Source: Nitrososphaerota archaeon (GTDB lineage Archaea; Thermoproteota; Nitrososphaeria; Nitrososphaerales; Gagatemarchaeaceae). Taken from it: a DNA stretch of 64,000 nucleotides. Position 1 is the stretch's first letter. Every line of letters begins with the position of its first letter. Positions 43,966 to 53,706 of this stretch are shown in pieces. The notes below the pieces were generated by a model, which saw only the letters and a list, made by a program, of their open reading frames with translations, was not told the origin of the DNA and searched no databases. The stretch covers positions 649,374 through 713,373 of the forward strand of contig JAFLYY010000001.1 in assembly GCA_029785825.1 (NCBI GenBank). Direction: 5' to 3'. The translations under genes were made by a program, and so were the position numbers.

Positions 43966-44784
43966 CTATCTTTCACCACGGGGGGGCTGTCCAGAGGGCT
44001 CCTGCCCGCTGTCCTTGGATATCCTCGAGTCGACCACCTGGACGTCTGCTTCGGGGACTTCGTACCACCTCACCTTGTCTCCCACACCCGCCCTCAGCTT
44101 CCACTTCATGCTCTTGGGGGCGCCCTCTATCAGGGCCATGAGCTTTTCCGTCCTTTCTTTCAGGAGGCCGATGCGGGCGCCGTCGAGCCCAGACTTCTCC
44201 GCGCTCCCCGCCACCGCGGCCAGGTTGGCCGTGAACGTCTTGTAGATCCCCCAGTCTTCGGCGCAGAGTCCGGCCAGGTACTTCCCGTTCACCGCCCCCG
44301 AGTCTGTCTCCCCCACGTCGTAGTCGGCGAGCATGCAGACCATGTCTTTGAGGTCCTTCTCGTTTATCTCGTGTATCTGCAGCTTCGTGGCGAGCATGTC
44401 GGCGAGCGGGAGGGTCATCTTGTCGACCTCGAGCCTGTTTCTTAGGTCCAGCTTGTGCGACATTTCAAAGACGTCCAGGAAGACGTCGGCGCGCCTATGG
44501 TTGACGAGGTCGTTGAATATCAGCCTCCTCCGCCCCTGCCACGCGTTGAACATCTCCCGGGGGACGTACCCCATCTCCTTGAACAGGGCGCCGATCTCCT
44601 TCGACTGCTTCGAGCGGGCCATGAAGTCGAGGTCGCGGTAGTCCCTCTTCAGCCTGGCGTCGGCGGCCGACGGGCAGCGGAGTAGGAAGGAGACTCCACC
44701 AAGGAGCCTGAGCACTACCCTCCGCTCCTCGGCGGCTCCGAGAATTCGCCTGGCTTCCCCCGAGGGGTCCGCGATGGCGGCCAC
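43966..44784 (-). CDS. Pol-beta-superfamily nucleotidyltransferase-like protein (hypothetical)
   Basis: LLGGVSFLL...RDYRDLDFMA fits the hG[GS]..[DE]h[DE]h minimal NTase signature. Its TAG stop abuts the ATG of the phosphoesterase gene. Confidence 0.5.
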   Translation of the reverse strand: MAAIADPSGEARRILGAAEERRVVLRLLGGVSFLLRCPSAADARLKRDYRDLDFMARSKQSKEIGALFKEMGYVPREMFNAWQGRRRLIFNDLVNHRRADVFLDVFEMSHKLDLRNRLEVDKMTLPLADMLATKLQIHEINEKDLKDMVCMLADYDVGETDSGAVNGKYLAGLCAEDWGIYKTFTANLAAVAGSAEKSGLDGARIGLLKERTEKLMALIEGAPKSMKWKLRAGVGDKVRWYEVPEADVQVVDSRISKDSGQEPSGQPPRGER

Positions 44785-44829
44785 TAGGCCGTCGGGGACA
44801 GGGCGGGTTGATAATCCTTCCGAGGGGAG

Positions 44830-46272
44830 TCAGTAAGACTTCCCGTAGAGGGCTACCGAGGGGGCGTCCCTTCCGCAGGCGACGCACGCCCCGCTCCCCC
44901 GCTTCTGGTCGAGGGGAACGTTCAGGACCTTCCCCCCTGCCGACTCCTTCATCTTGGCTTCGCACGCCCCGTCTCCGCACCAGCGGACCCTGACGATCCC
45001 CCCCTCGGCGGCCAGGACCTCCTTGAGCTGCGCCAGGGAGGAAGCGTCGTGGGTCCCCGCCTCCAGCGCCTCCCTGGCCCTCTTCAGGAGGTTCGCCTGT
45101 ATGTCGTCCAGCTCCCTCCCCACCTCGGCCGCCAGGGACCCGAGCTTGACCGTCCTCTTCCCCCTGGTGTCCCTCCTGACTAGGACGGCCTGCCCCTCCT
45201 TCATGTCCCTCGGGCCGAACTCGACCCTGAGGGGGACCCCCTTCAGCTCCCACTCGTTGAACTTCCGCCCAGGGGTAAGGTTGTCCCTGGCGTCGAGCTT
45301 CGCCCTGAACCCGGCCAGGGACTCCAGGAGCTTCCTGGCCCCGTCCAGGACCGCCCCTTTGCTTTCGTCGTTCACTATGGGGACGACGACCACCTGGACG
45401 GCCGAGAGCCTCGGCGGGACGACGGCCCCCCTGTCGTCGCTGTGGACCGCGAGCATCACCCCTATCTCGCGGGTCGAGATCGCCCAGGTGTTCTGGTAGA
45501 CCCACTGCTTGTTCCCCTCCTTGTCGATGAAGACTATGCCGAACGCCTTCGAGAAGTTCTGGCCGTCAGAGTGCCAGTCTGGCCCCTGTATCGCTTTCCC
45601 GTCGGGGAGCAGGTGCTCGATGCTGTAGGTGGCTTCGGCACCGGCGAACGTCTCCCCCCGCGTCTTCCTCCCCAGGTACCCTGGGAGGGCGAGCCACTCT
45701 TCGGTGACATTCTTGTAGATCCCGAGTATCTGGTCCCTTTCGGCGTCGGCTTCCTCCTTGGTGGCGAAGAGGGAGTGCCCCTCGTTCCAGAGGAACTCCC
45801 TAGAGCGCAGGATGAAGGCGGGGTTCTTGAACTCCCAGCGGATGACGTTGTTCCACTGGTTGAGCCTCAAGGGGAGGTCCCTCCATGACCGTATCCAGCG
45901 CGACACCACCTCGTACATGAGCGACTCCGACGTCGGCCGGATCGCGAGCTTCTCTTCGATCTTGGAGCTCCCGGTCTCAGTCACCCAGGCCACCTCAGGC
46001 GCGAACCCCTCCACATGCTCCGACTCCTTCTTCAGGAGCCGCTCGGGGATGAGCAGGGGGAAGTAGGTGTTGAGGACCCCCGACTCCTTGAACAGCCTGT
46101 CGGTCTCCCTCTGGATGTTCTCCCAGATGGCGTAGCCTGGAGGGCGGTACACGACGCACCCGGAGACGGGGCTGTAGTCGGCTATCTCCGATTTCAGGAT
46201 TATCTGGGTGTACCACTCGTCGAAGTCTTCCGCCTTCTTGGCCGTGAGCCCTTCCTGGTTCCCTCCCGACAT
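44830..46272 (-). CDS. proS: Prolyl-tRNA synthetase (archaeal/eukaryotic type)
   Basis: FDEWYTQIILKSEIADYSPVSGCVVYRPPGYAIWE.., AIRPTSE and FLWNEGH are present. The C-terminal Zn-type region CVACG ends in GKSY. ATG 46272 gives 480 aa. Confidence 0.9.
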   Translation of the reverse strand: MSGGNQEGLTAKKAEDFDEWYTQIILKSEIADYSPVSGCVVYRPPGYAIWENIQRETDRLFKESGVLNTYFPLLIPERLLKKESEHVEGFAPEVAWVTETGSSKIEEKLAIRPTSESLMYEVVSRWIRSWRDLPLRLNQWNNVIRWEFKNPAFILRSREFLWNEGHSLFATKEEADAERDQILGIYKNVTEEWLALPGYLGRKTRGETFAGAEATYSIEHLLPDGKAIQGPDWHSDGQNFSKAFGIVFIDKEGNKQWVYQNTWAISTREIGVMLAVHSDDRGAVVPPRLSAVQVVVVPIVNDESKGAVLDGARKLLESLAGFRAKLDARDNLTPGRKFNEWELKGVPLRVEFGPRDMKEGQAVLVRRDTRGKRTVKLGSLAAEVGRELDDIQANLLKRAREALEAGTHDASSLAQLKEVLAAEGGIVRVRWCGDGACEAKMKESAGGKVLNVPLDQKRGSGACVACGRDAPSVALYGKSY

Positions 46273-46327
46273 CAGGAGCGCCCTTCTCCCGGCTGCTCTT
46301 AATGAAGGTGTTTGCCCGCCGGGGCGC

Positions 46328-46927
46328 TTACGCGGCGGAGGCGAGGATCGCCACCCCGAGGGCGAGCAGGACCGCTGCGGACACGACGCGGAGCCTCCTG
46401 GGGGTGAGGACGCGGCCCATCCTGTTCCCCAGCGCCGTCTCGAAGGCGGTCGCCGCGATGAGCCCGGTGCAGACGGAGGCGAAGACGAAGAGCGGGTCGG
46501 AGTACTTGGACACCAGGACGACCGTGAGGACCTCTGTGGCATCCCCCGCGATGTCGAGGAACGCCAGGGACGCCACCAGGGTGAGGTAGGCCCTGAGGGC
46601 GGTCCCGGATCTTTCGACGCGCGACTCCTCCTCCTCGACCGTCCGGTAACCGACGAGCCCCCGGACCTGCCACCCGCCGTACCCGAGCATGACCACCCCT
46701 CCGGCCAACCTCACCCAGGCCACCGGGACCACGGTCAGGAGGAGGGACCCCGCACCCACGAAGAGGGCCGTGGTGAGGACGAAAGCGGTCGCCCCGGCCA
46801 GGAAGGCGACCCTGGCCTTGATCTTCGCAGACACGGCGAGGAGGAGGAACGCGTCCTTGTCGGTGAGCTCGGCGACGAAGAGGGCCGCGGCTATCCCGAA
46901 GAACGCATAGAGCGTGATGCTGTCCAT
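46328..46927 (-). CDS. UPF0016/GDT1-family cation transporter
   Basis: Two halves each carry an acidic motif (ELTDKD; IAGDATE). About 6 TM helices. Confidence 0.65.
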   Translation of the reverse strand: MDSITLYAFFGIAAALFVAELTDKDAFLLLAVSAKIKARVAFLAGATAFVLTTALFVGAGSLLLTVVPVAWVRLAGGVVMLGYGGWQVRGLVGYRTVEEEESRVERSGTALRAYLTLVASLAFLDIAGDATEVLTVVLVSKYSDPLFVFASVCTGLIAATAFETALGNRMGRVLTPRRLRVVSAAVLLALGVAILASAA

Positions 46928-46955
46928 GGGGCGCCCGTGAACCCGTACAGGGCCG

Positions 46956-47588
46956 CTATTCTTCCTCTTCGGCGACTTGCTCTTTCGCGGCGGCCTGGTC
47001 GCGGGTCGGCATGAGTATGGCGGCCAGCCCCGCCACCATGAGGATGAAGGCCAGCCCGAGGCCGAGCGCCGTCTGCCGCTTGCCCACCTCGTAGAGCGAA
47101 GCGGGGACCAGGAACAGGGCGATTATCGCGAGGACGTTGCGGTCCGACAGGGCAGACCACCTGAACTGGGACGTCAGGAGGAGGCTGAGCACGACCATGA
47201 CGACCGGGAAGACCAGGTCGTACCTCCCCACGATGAGGTCCGAGGCCGTCCCGCCCAGACCAAGGCCGTTGGCGTAGAGCCCCGCGGCTAGGGCGAAGAA
47301 AAGGGAGGTGCCGGCTATGGCGAGGAGCGTGCTGGCCAGCGACGCGAGCTTCTCCCGCCGCGCCGGCAGAGGGGTCCCTCTCATCTCGACAGCCAGACCG
47401 ACCATGACGCACAGGGTGCCGACCACGAAGACGTAGGGGCTCCTCGTGATCTGCAGGAAAACAGCGTTCGGGAGGAGCGCGGACAGCCCTCCCCTGGCCC
47501 AGAGGAACAGGCCGTAGAGCCCGCTCACGAGGAACGGGGCCATGTAGAGGAGGGTGGAAATGTCCTCGAAGCGTCCCTTGGTGCTCAT
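46956..47588 (-). CDS. Hypothetical membrane protein
   Basis: A 210-aa ORF with about 6 hydrophobic helices and an acidic C-terminal tail. Confidence 0.5.
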   Translation of the reverse strand: MSTKGRFEDISTLLYMAPFLVSGLYGLFLWARGGLSALLPNAVFLQITRSPYVFVVGTLCVMVGLAVEMRGTPLPARREKLASLASTLLAIAGTSLFFALAAGLYANGLGLGGTASDLIVGRYDLVFPVVMVVLSLLLTSQFRWSALSDRNVLAIIALFLVPASLYEVGKRQTALGLGLAFILMVAGLAAILMPTRDQAAAKEQVAEEEE

Positions 47589-47625
47589 CGGATTTCACGT
47601 GCGAGCCGGGCCGGGGTTAAAACCG

Positions 47626-48396
47626 TTACGACTTCGTCGTCCTGCCGAACGTCAGGTACGCCGTGTGCCCCACCATGATGTTGGAGGGGCGCGTCATCCC
47701 CACCCTCGCCTCCAGGTGCCGGAGGAGGATCTCGACGGTCTCGATGGCCACGAACCCCTCTTCCTTCATCTTCGCCACCAGCCTCTCGGCCTGGTTGGTG
47801 GTCGGGGTCACCGCGGCCATGGGAGCCGACGGCTTCAGCCCCGCCTTCATGCTGGGGATGACATCCCAGGGGTCCCCTACGTCCAGGATCCCGGCGTCGA
47901 ACCCGCTCTCGTCGAACCCGAGGCGCGAGTCGGCGGACCTGAAGGCGACGCTGTCAGAGAGGCCGAGCCTCTCTATGTTCTTCTTCGCGACGGCCTGGAA
48001 CTCGGGGTTGATGTCGTAGGTCCAGACCATCCCCCCCGGGCGGACGAGGTAGGCCATCAGGGCGGTCGTCGCCCCGCTCCCCGTCCCGGTCTCGACCACC
48101 TTCGACCCTGCGTGGACCCCGAGCTTCACGGCCATCAGCCCGAGGTCTTTCGGATAGATCACCTGCGTCTTCCTGGCGAACTTCATCGTCATGTCCTCTA
48201 TGGTCGGCCGAAGTATGCAGAGCTCGTCCCCCATGGTGGTGGAAGCGACGACGCCGAACTCCTTCCCGACCAGGGCGGAGACGTCCAGGATCCCCAGGTG
48301 GGTGTGCAGCTTCGGGGTGTCCTTCGGCCTTACCAGCCACCTCCGCCTCCTGTCCCTGTAGACGAGGACGTAGGAGTCTTCCTGGATGACGCTCAC
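47626..48396 (-). CDS. trmI: tRNA (adenine-N1)-methyltransferase TrmI/Gcd14
   Basis: The N-terminal beta domain (VLVYRDRRRRWLVR) is followed by the SAM motif VVETGTGSGATTALMA. Confidence 0.82.
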   Translation of the reverse strand: MSVIQEDSYVLVYRDRRRRWLVRPKDTPKLHTHLGILDVSALVGKEFGVVASTTMGDELCILRPTIEDMTMKFARKTQVIYPKDLGLMAVKLGVHAGSKVVETGTGSGATTALMAYLVRPGGMVWTYDINPEFQAVAKKNIERLGLSDSVAFRSADSRLGFDESGFDAGILDVGDPWDVIPSMKAGLKPSAPMAAVTPTTNQAERLVAKMKEEGFVAIETVEILLRHLEARVGMTRPSNIMVGHTAYLTFGRTTKS

Positions 48397-48418
48397 AGGC
48401 CGGCCCCGGAGGAGAGTT

Positions 48419-49294
48419 CTATATCCTTGCGGTCGTGCCGTCGAGGGTTCTCCAGGACGCGCGGCCCCCCTTGACGGAGACCTTCCCCGGGCGCATGTGC
48501 CCTGGCATCACGACGGCGTCCTCGGCGGAGGCCAGCCTGTAGAAGCGCGCCCTGCTCGACTCCATCTCCCTCGGCTCGTTCCAGGAGGCGACCAGCTCGG
48601 GATGCTCAACCTCCTCCTCTAGATGGATGAGGTCTCCGACGCAGTAGCAGCTCATCCCCTTCGACTTCACCGCGACCACCTGGTGCCCCGGGCTCTCCCC
48701 CGGGAACGGCTCGACGCTCACCCCCCCGCCGAGGTCTTTGGCGCCGTCGAGGAGCGAGAGCCTCCCCGCTTGCTGGACCGCCACGAGGGTGTCGACGACG
48801 TCAGGGTCCCGGACCTCTCTGGCTTCGGCGATGGAGCTCATCCGCCAGTCCTTCTCCGGGATTATGCAGTCAGCCTTCGGGAAGGTAGGAACGGCGTTCC
48901 CCCCCGCGCCCCGGGTCGCTCCAGCGAAGTGGTCGAAGTGGAGGTGGGTGACTACGACGTGGGTGACTTCCGTCGGGGCGACCCCGACCGACTCCATCTG
49001 GGCGGTCAGCGCGGGCGGGGGCGCGTACCCCGCCGGAGGCGTGAAGTGCCCAGGGGCAACGAGCCGGGAGTAGTCGCTGGGGTCCACCACGACCTTGACC
49101 CCTCCTGATTCTATCAAGAACGACTGGGCGGGGAACCCCGCCTTCTTCCCTATCTTCTCTTCCGGGAAGTAGCGCGAGAGGTCCACGCTTTTGTCGTAGA
49201 CTTCGTCCAGCCCGAGCAGTATGTCTCCCACGTTGAAGACCGTGACCCTGGCCTCCCCCACCTTCAGCGCTAGAGGGCCCATCGACCTAGGCAC
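48419..49294 (-). CDS. MBL-fold metallo-hydrolase
   Basis: The HxHxDH motif VVVTHLHFDHFAG is present. Confidence 0.75.
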   Translation of the reverse strand: MPRSMGPLALKVGEARVTVFNVGDILLGLDEVYDKSVDLSRYFPEEKIGKKAGFPAQSFLIESGGVKVVVDPSDYSRLVAPGHFTPPAGYAPPPALTAQMESVGVAPTEVTHVVVTHLHFDHFAGATRGAGGNAVPTFPKADCIIPEKDWRMSSIAEAREVRDPDVVDTLVAVQQAGRLSLLDGAKDLGGGVSVEPFPGESPGHQVVAVKSKGMSCYCVGDLIHLEEEVEHPELVASWNEPREMESSRARFYRLASAEDAVVMPGHMRPGKVSVKGGRASWRTLDGTTARI

Positions 49295-49844
49295 GCCACC
49301 AGTCGTACCTCAGGAAGTCGATCGTCTTCCTGTCCTTGTCTGAGATGGCGATGATGAACTGCTTCCTCACCGTGGTGGCCAGCCTCCCCGACCTCACCAT
49401 CGAGGTCGCAGTCATCTTCGAGTCGGGGGAGACCACCTGGACGATGTAAGGGGCGTGGTCTATCCCCGGCCCGTGTTCGTAGACCGCGAAGTCCGACCCG
49501 AACTTTATCCCCGGGGTCACCACGAAACCGGCTTCCCTGAGCTTCCTGTAGACCTGGAACTTCTCGGCGAAGTCGTTGTAGGATGCCTCGCACAGCTGGT
49601 GGAGCTTCTTGGGGGCGATCTCCTTCCCCGAGGCGTCTTCCACCCCTATCACCTTCTTGGTGGTCAGGTAGTACCCTTCCATCAGGTCTAGGATGAGGGG
49701 GGCGTCGAACAGGAAGTCCTTCGGCTTCGGGATGCCAAGGGGCTTGCCGTAGTACCCTTCTTTGAACAGCCTGCGGGACTCCTCGATGTCCCAGACCACT
49801 ATCCTGTTCTCGAAGAGCCTGCCCCTGGCCCGCGCCCCGGGCAC
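49287..49844 (-). CDS. endA: tRNA-splicing (BHB) endonuclease
   Basis: A 185-aa protein with GYYGKPLG. The catalytic Tyr/His/Lys contexts are FAVYEHGPGIDHAPYIVQV and RKQFIIA. Confidence 0.88.
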   Translation of the reverse strand: MPGARARGRLFENRIVVWDIEESRRLFKEGYYGKPLGIPKPKDFLFDAPLILDLMEGYYLTTKKVIGVEDASGKEIAPKKLHQLCEASYNDFAEKFQVYRKLREAGFVVTPGIKFGSDFAVYEHGPGIDHAPYIVQVVSPDSKMTATSMVRSGRLATTVRKQFIIAISDKDRKTIDFLRYDWWRA

Positions 49845-49847
49845 CGG

Positions 49848-50501
49848 CTACATCCCCATCGCGAGTATGGTGCTGGCGTTGGCCGCGACCAGCATCACGT
49901 CAGCGCAGTTCTCTATGGACTCGAGGACGTCCTTGACCGTTATCAGCTCCTTGACGTTGGTGGCGGTCCGCATCACCATGGCGACCGCTTCACGATAGTC
50001 GGTGTCCATCGAGCTTTCTATCTGCTGGACCTGGGCCGCCATCTGTATCGCCTGGTCCGGGTTGATCGACAGCGCCCGGATGCCGTCGTTCAGCTTCGAT
50101 ATGCCGTCGATGAGGAGCCCGAGGAGCTGGAGCACCGAGTCCCTGTACTTCTTGTTCTTGGCCGACCCCTTCTGCAGCTGCGACATCTTGAAGGCGACGC
50201 CGTTTATGTGCCCGAAGATGTCCTCCACTGCGAAAGCCCCCCTCATGATGTCCTCGCGGTTGACCAGGAGGGTCCCGACCTGGGAGAGCTCCCGGATCAG
50301 CGCCGTCCTGAGGGTCATGACGTCCTCCTCGGCCCTCTTGACCTTCTCCAGGGCCGCAGACACCTCGTTCTTCTCCCCCTTCGCCAGGCCGTTGAACTCT
50401 TCGAGGAGGACTCGTGTAGCGTCCAAGACCCGCCTCATCTCATCCTGGAGGACTACGACGACGCGCCTCCTTGCCTGGATCTCCCCTTCTTGTCCTGACA
50501 C
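49848..50501 (-). CDS. DUF47 (PhoU-like) family protein
   Basis: It has a helical-bundle composition, with two repeats ending in ...LESIENCADVMLVAANASTILAMG. Confidence 0.6.
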   Translation of the reverse strand: MSGQEGEIQARRRVVVVLQDEMRRVLDATRVLLEEFNGLAKGEKNEVSAALEKVKRAEEDVMTLRTALIRELSQVGTLLVNREDIMRGAFAVEDIFGHINGVAFKMSQLQKGSAKNKKYRDSVLQLLGLLIDGISKLNDGIRALSINPDQAIQMAAQVQQIESSMDTDYREAVAMVMRTATNVKELITVKDVLESIENCADVMLVAANASTILAMGM

Positions 50502-50666
50502 TTGATGCGCTCGCTCCGACCCTCCAAGAGCATTGAATTTAAGACTGAAGCGCCGCCGTCGGCGGGCTCGCCTGGCAGGGTGCCGGTGGGCCCTGGCGCC
50601 GACCGCTCTCCTTGCCTGACACTGGCGGACCTGTGGAAGCCGCCTTGCCCGGCAGGCGTGCGGTCC

Positions 50667-51575
50667 TTACTTCTTGTCGCTTTCCTTGGCGTAGTCCCTC
50701 AGCGGGGCAATCAGGTTGGTGAACTCCATGGGGAAGATGTACTTCGTCGACGGCGAGGCGCCGAGGGCCTTCAGCGTGTCGAGGTACTGGAGGACCATGG
50801 TCTTGGAGTCTATCCCCTTCGCCGCCCCGAAGATCTGGTTCAAAGCGCCTGCGTACCCCTCCGCCCTCAGTACCTGGGCCTGCTTGTCCCCTTCCGCCCT
50901 GAGGATGTTAGACTTCTTGTCCCCTTCGGCCACAAGGATGGACGCCTCCCTCTTCCCGTCCGCCTCGGTGACGGTCGCCCGCCTGGTCCTTTCAGCGGAC
51001 ATCTGGCGGACCATCGCCTGCTGCACGTCGGCCGGGGGTGTGATCTCCCTGATCTCGACGTTGGTCACCTTGATCCCCCACCTCTCCGTGACCTCGTCCA
51101 GCTTGGTCCTGAGGATCTGGTTGATCTCTTCCCTCTTCGCGAGCAGCTCGTCCAGCGGTATGTCCCCCACCACAGCCCTCAGCGTGGTGGTGGCTATCCC
51201 TATCGAGGCGCCCTCGAAGTTCTGCACCTGGACAATGCTCTGGGTGGCTTCGGTCACCTTGTTGTAGATCAGGAAGTCGATGTCTACCGGCGCGTTGTCC
51301 TTCGTGATGCACGTCTGGTGCGGGACCTCCAGGAACCTCTCCCTGAGGTCCACCCTGCTGGTCCTGTTGATGAACGGAAGGACGAAGACGACCCCGGGGC
51401 CCCTGGCCCCGACGAGCCTCCCCAGTCTGAACACCACAAGCCGCTCGTACTCCCGCAGTATCTTGATCGTGGACGCGATGATGGCGATGGCGGCTATGAC
51501 CACGACCAAGTAAACGACGTAGTCGATGATGTCAGCGGTCGCGATGGCGAGAGGGACGGCCCCTGTTAGAATCAA
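50667..51575 (-). CDS. SPFH/Band 7 stomatin-like protein
   Basis: An N-terminal TM is followed by REYERLVVFRLGRLVGARGPGVVFVLPFI and an SPFH core. It is paired with nfeD. Confidence 0.88.
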   Translation of the reverse strand: MILTGAVPLAIATADIIDYVVYLVVVIAAIAIIASTIKILREYERLVVFRLGRLVGARGPGVVFVLPFINRTSRVDLRERFLEVPHQTCITKDNAPVDIDFLIYNKVTEATQSIVQVQNFEGASIGIATTTLRAVVGDIPLDELLAKREEINQILRTKLDEVTERWGIKVTNVEIREITPPADVQQAMVRQMSAERTRRATVTEADGKREASILVAEGDKKSNILRAEGDKQAQVLRAEGYAGALNQIFGAAKGIDSKTMVLQYLDTLKALGASPSTKYIFPMEFTNLIAPLRDYAKESDKK

Positions 51576-52939
51576 GTTGACAACTTCTCTACGGTCAACG
51601 TGTTCCCGCTGACCCCTTTAACCGTTACCAGGTCCCCCTTCTTGAGCTCCTGGGAGGAGGTGACGCTCCACTCCTCGGACGCGACGGAGGCGACCCCTCT
51701 CCCGCCTCCCCTGAGGTCCGACTCCATGGTCCCCTGGCGCCCCACCAGGGCGGAGGGGTCGTTCACCTTCGGCCTCCGGCGGAGGGCGTCCCTTATCGAC
51801 CTGAGGTAGAGGCCGGCGACCACGACGGCAGCGCTGAGGCCGACTATCAGCCCCCAGGCGATGTCGGGGATCCCCGAGAAGGTGGCGGCCGGAAGCGGCC
51901 CCGAGGCGGGGGAGCTGGCTGCGGCCGGGGGGAACTGGTAGATCAGGAAGAACCCGAGGATGAACACGACGACCCCGATCAGGGCGCTGATCCCGTGCTG
52001 GGTCTTGACCTCCAGGAAGATGAACGCGGACCCCACCACCATCAGGAGTATCGCCAGAGGGGACGCGCCGAAGACCCCCAGCCCGAAGAGGGCGAGCGCG
52101 ACCATCACGACCCCCACCGCGGAGAGTATGACGGTGGGGTGATAGATGTCGGCGAAGACCGCGAAGACCCCCAGCAGGAAGAGTAGGCTGGAGACGTTCG
52201 GGTTGCTGAGCACCGAGATGAGCGTGGACCTGATCCCCGGGGTGTTGACCGGGGTCGAAGCAGGGACCCCGAGGTAGGCGAGCGCGCCCTGGACCGTCGT
52301 CGAGTCTATCACTCCGTTGACGACGTGCTCCTTCAGCGCCAGCTGGTCAGGGTACGACACCCCCTTGGTCACCATCAGAGAGGTCGCCGTCTGGTTCCGC
52401 CCGTGGTCGGCGGTGAGGGTGGACATGTAGGAGGAGAAGGCATTGATGTCCTTGGTCATGGTGGAGTTCTCCTCCCCGGTCGGGATCCCCGAGACTATGG
52501 GGGTGGCCGAGCCTATCGTCGTCCCGGGCTCCATGAATATCTGGTTGGACGACTCGGCGATATAAGACCCCGCAGAGAAGGCGTAGGCCCCCTGCGGGGC
52601 GACCACCGTCGTGAAGTTCCCGCCCCACTGCTGGTACCCCTGGATGGCCGTGATCATCGTCTGCATGCTCGCCCCGTCCCCCCCGTCTGTGACGAGGACC
52701 AGGACGAAGTTGCAGGCGCCCACGGACTCCGCGTTGGATATGCTCGAGGTGAGGAAGTCGGCGGCGCCCGGGTCGATCCCGGCGTTGAGGGACGCCACGT
52801 AGTAGGTCCCCGCCTGGCACGTCCCAGTGGGGGCCTGGCCGTGGGCCGGGACCGCCTGCAGCGCGAGCGCCAAGACCAGGGCCGCGGCCAGCGCGAACGT
52901 CAGAAGCCTCAAAGCGCCCCCGCGGCCCTCTCCTCTCAC
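51572..52939 (-). CDS. nfeD: NfeD-family membrane-bound serine protease
   Basis: A ClpP-like N-terminal domain, a multi-TM block and a C-terminal OB domain (DLVTVKGVSGNTLTVEK) are present. It overlaps the stomatin start by 4 nt. Confidence 0.8.
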   Translation of the reverse strand: MRGEGRGGALRLLTFALAAALVLALALQAVPAHGQAPTGTCQAGTYYVASLNAGIDPGAADFLTSSISNAESVGACNFVLVLVTDGGDGASMQTMITAIQGYQQWGGNFTTVVAPQGAYAFSAGSYIAESSNQIFMEPGTTIGSATPIVSGIPTGEENSTMTKDINAFSSYMSTLTADHGRNQTATSLMVTKGVSYPDQLALKEHVVNGVIDSTTVQGALAYLGVPASTPVNTPGIRSTLISVLSNPNVSSLLFLLGVFAVFADIYHPTVILSAVGVVMVALALFGLGVFGASPLAILLMVVGSAFIFLEVKTQHGISALIGVVVFILGFFLIYQFPPAAASSPASGPLPAATFSGIPDIAWGLIVGLSAAVVVAGLYLRSIRDALRRRPKVNDPSALVGRQGTMESDLRGGGRGVASVASEEWSVTSSQELKKGDLVTVKGVSGNTLTVEKLST

Positions 52940-52982
52940 ATAAACGTAGTCCGTCGCGGCTCCGGCGTGGCGGACCGCAACA

Positions 52983-53705
52983 GTGGCCCCCTGGGACGGG
53001 GGCCGGGAGGATTATCGGATAATAAGCCGCGCTGGAGAGCCCACGTCCGTGGGTGCGACTCGGGCGCGAAGGGTCACAGTCGTGGACCACCCGATGATCA
53101 AGGAGCAGGTCACGCTCGCGAGAGACAGGCGCACCAGCCAGGTCGCATTCAGGAAGGCGATCTACCGGCTCGGGCGTCTGATGGCTTACGAGTTCCTCAG
53201 GACGATGGAGACCCAGGACGAAGAGGTCGAGACCCCCCTCGGCGTGTCGAGGGGAGGGAGGGTCAAGGGGAACGACAAGATAGTCATCATACTTGTGCTG
53301 AGGGCGGCGATCCCTTTCGTAGAAGGGATGTACAAGAACTTCCCCATGGCCAGGACCGGGGTGATAAGCGCCTGGAGGGGGGACCCGCCTGACTTCCCCA
53401 TCGAAGTGAGCTACGCCAAGATACCCCAGATCAGGAAGGACGACGTGGTGGTGATCGCGGACCCGATGCTCGCGACCGGACATACGCTCCTCGAAGTGGC
53501 GAGGAGGGTGGCGAAGCAGGGGAGCCCGAGGAGGCTGGCGTTCTTCTCTATCATCTCCACCATGCAGGGGATCCGCTATGTCGCCAAGGGGTTCCCCCGG
53601 GCCGAGTTCTACACCTGTGCCATAGATCCGGGGCTGGACGAGCGCGGGTACATCGTCCCGGGGCTGGGGGACGCCGGGGACAGGGCGTTCGGTCCCCCCC
53701 GCTGA
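52983..53705 (+). CDS. upp: Uracil phosphoribosyltransferase
   Basis: The PRPP loop VVVIADPMLATGHT and the C-terminal YIVPGLGDAGDRAFG are present. The true start is probably downstream (for example GTG 53082, giving MDHPMIKEQ). Confidence 0.85.
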   Translation: MAPWDGGREDYRIISRAGEPTSVGATRARRVTVVDHPMIKEQVTLARDRRTSQVAFRKAIYRLGRLMAYEFLRTMETQDEEVETPLGVSRGGRVKGNDKIVIILVLRAAIPFVEGMYKNFPMARTGVISAWRGDPPDFPIEVSYAKIPQIRKDDVVVIADPMLATGHTLLEVARRVAKQGSPRRLAFFSIISTMQGIRYVAKGFPRAEFYTCAIDPGLDERGYIVPGLGDAGDRAFGPPR

Positions 53706-53706
53706 G

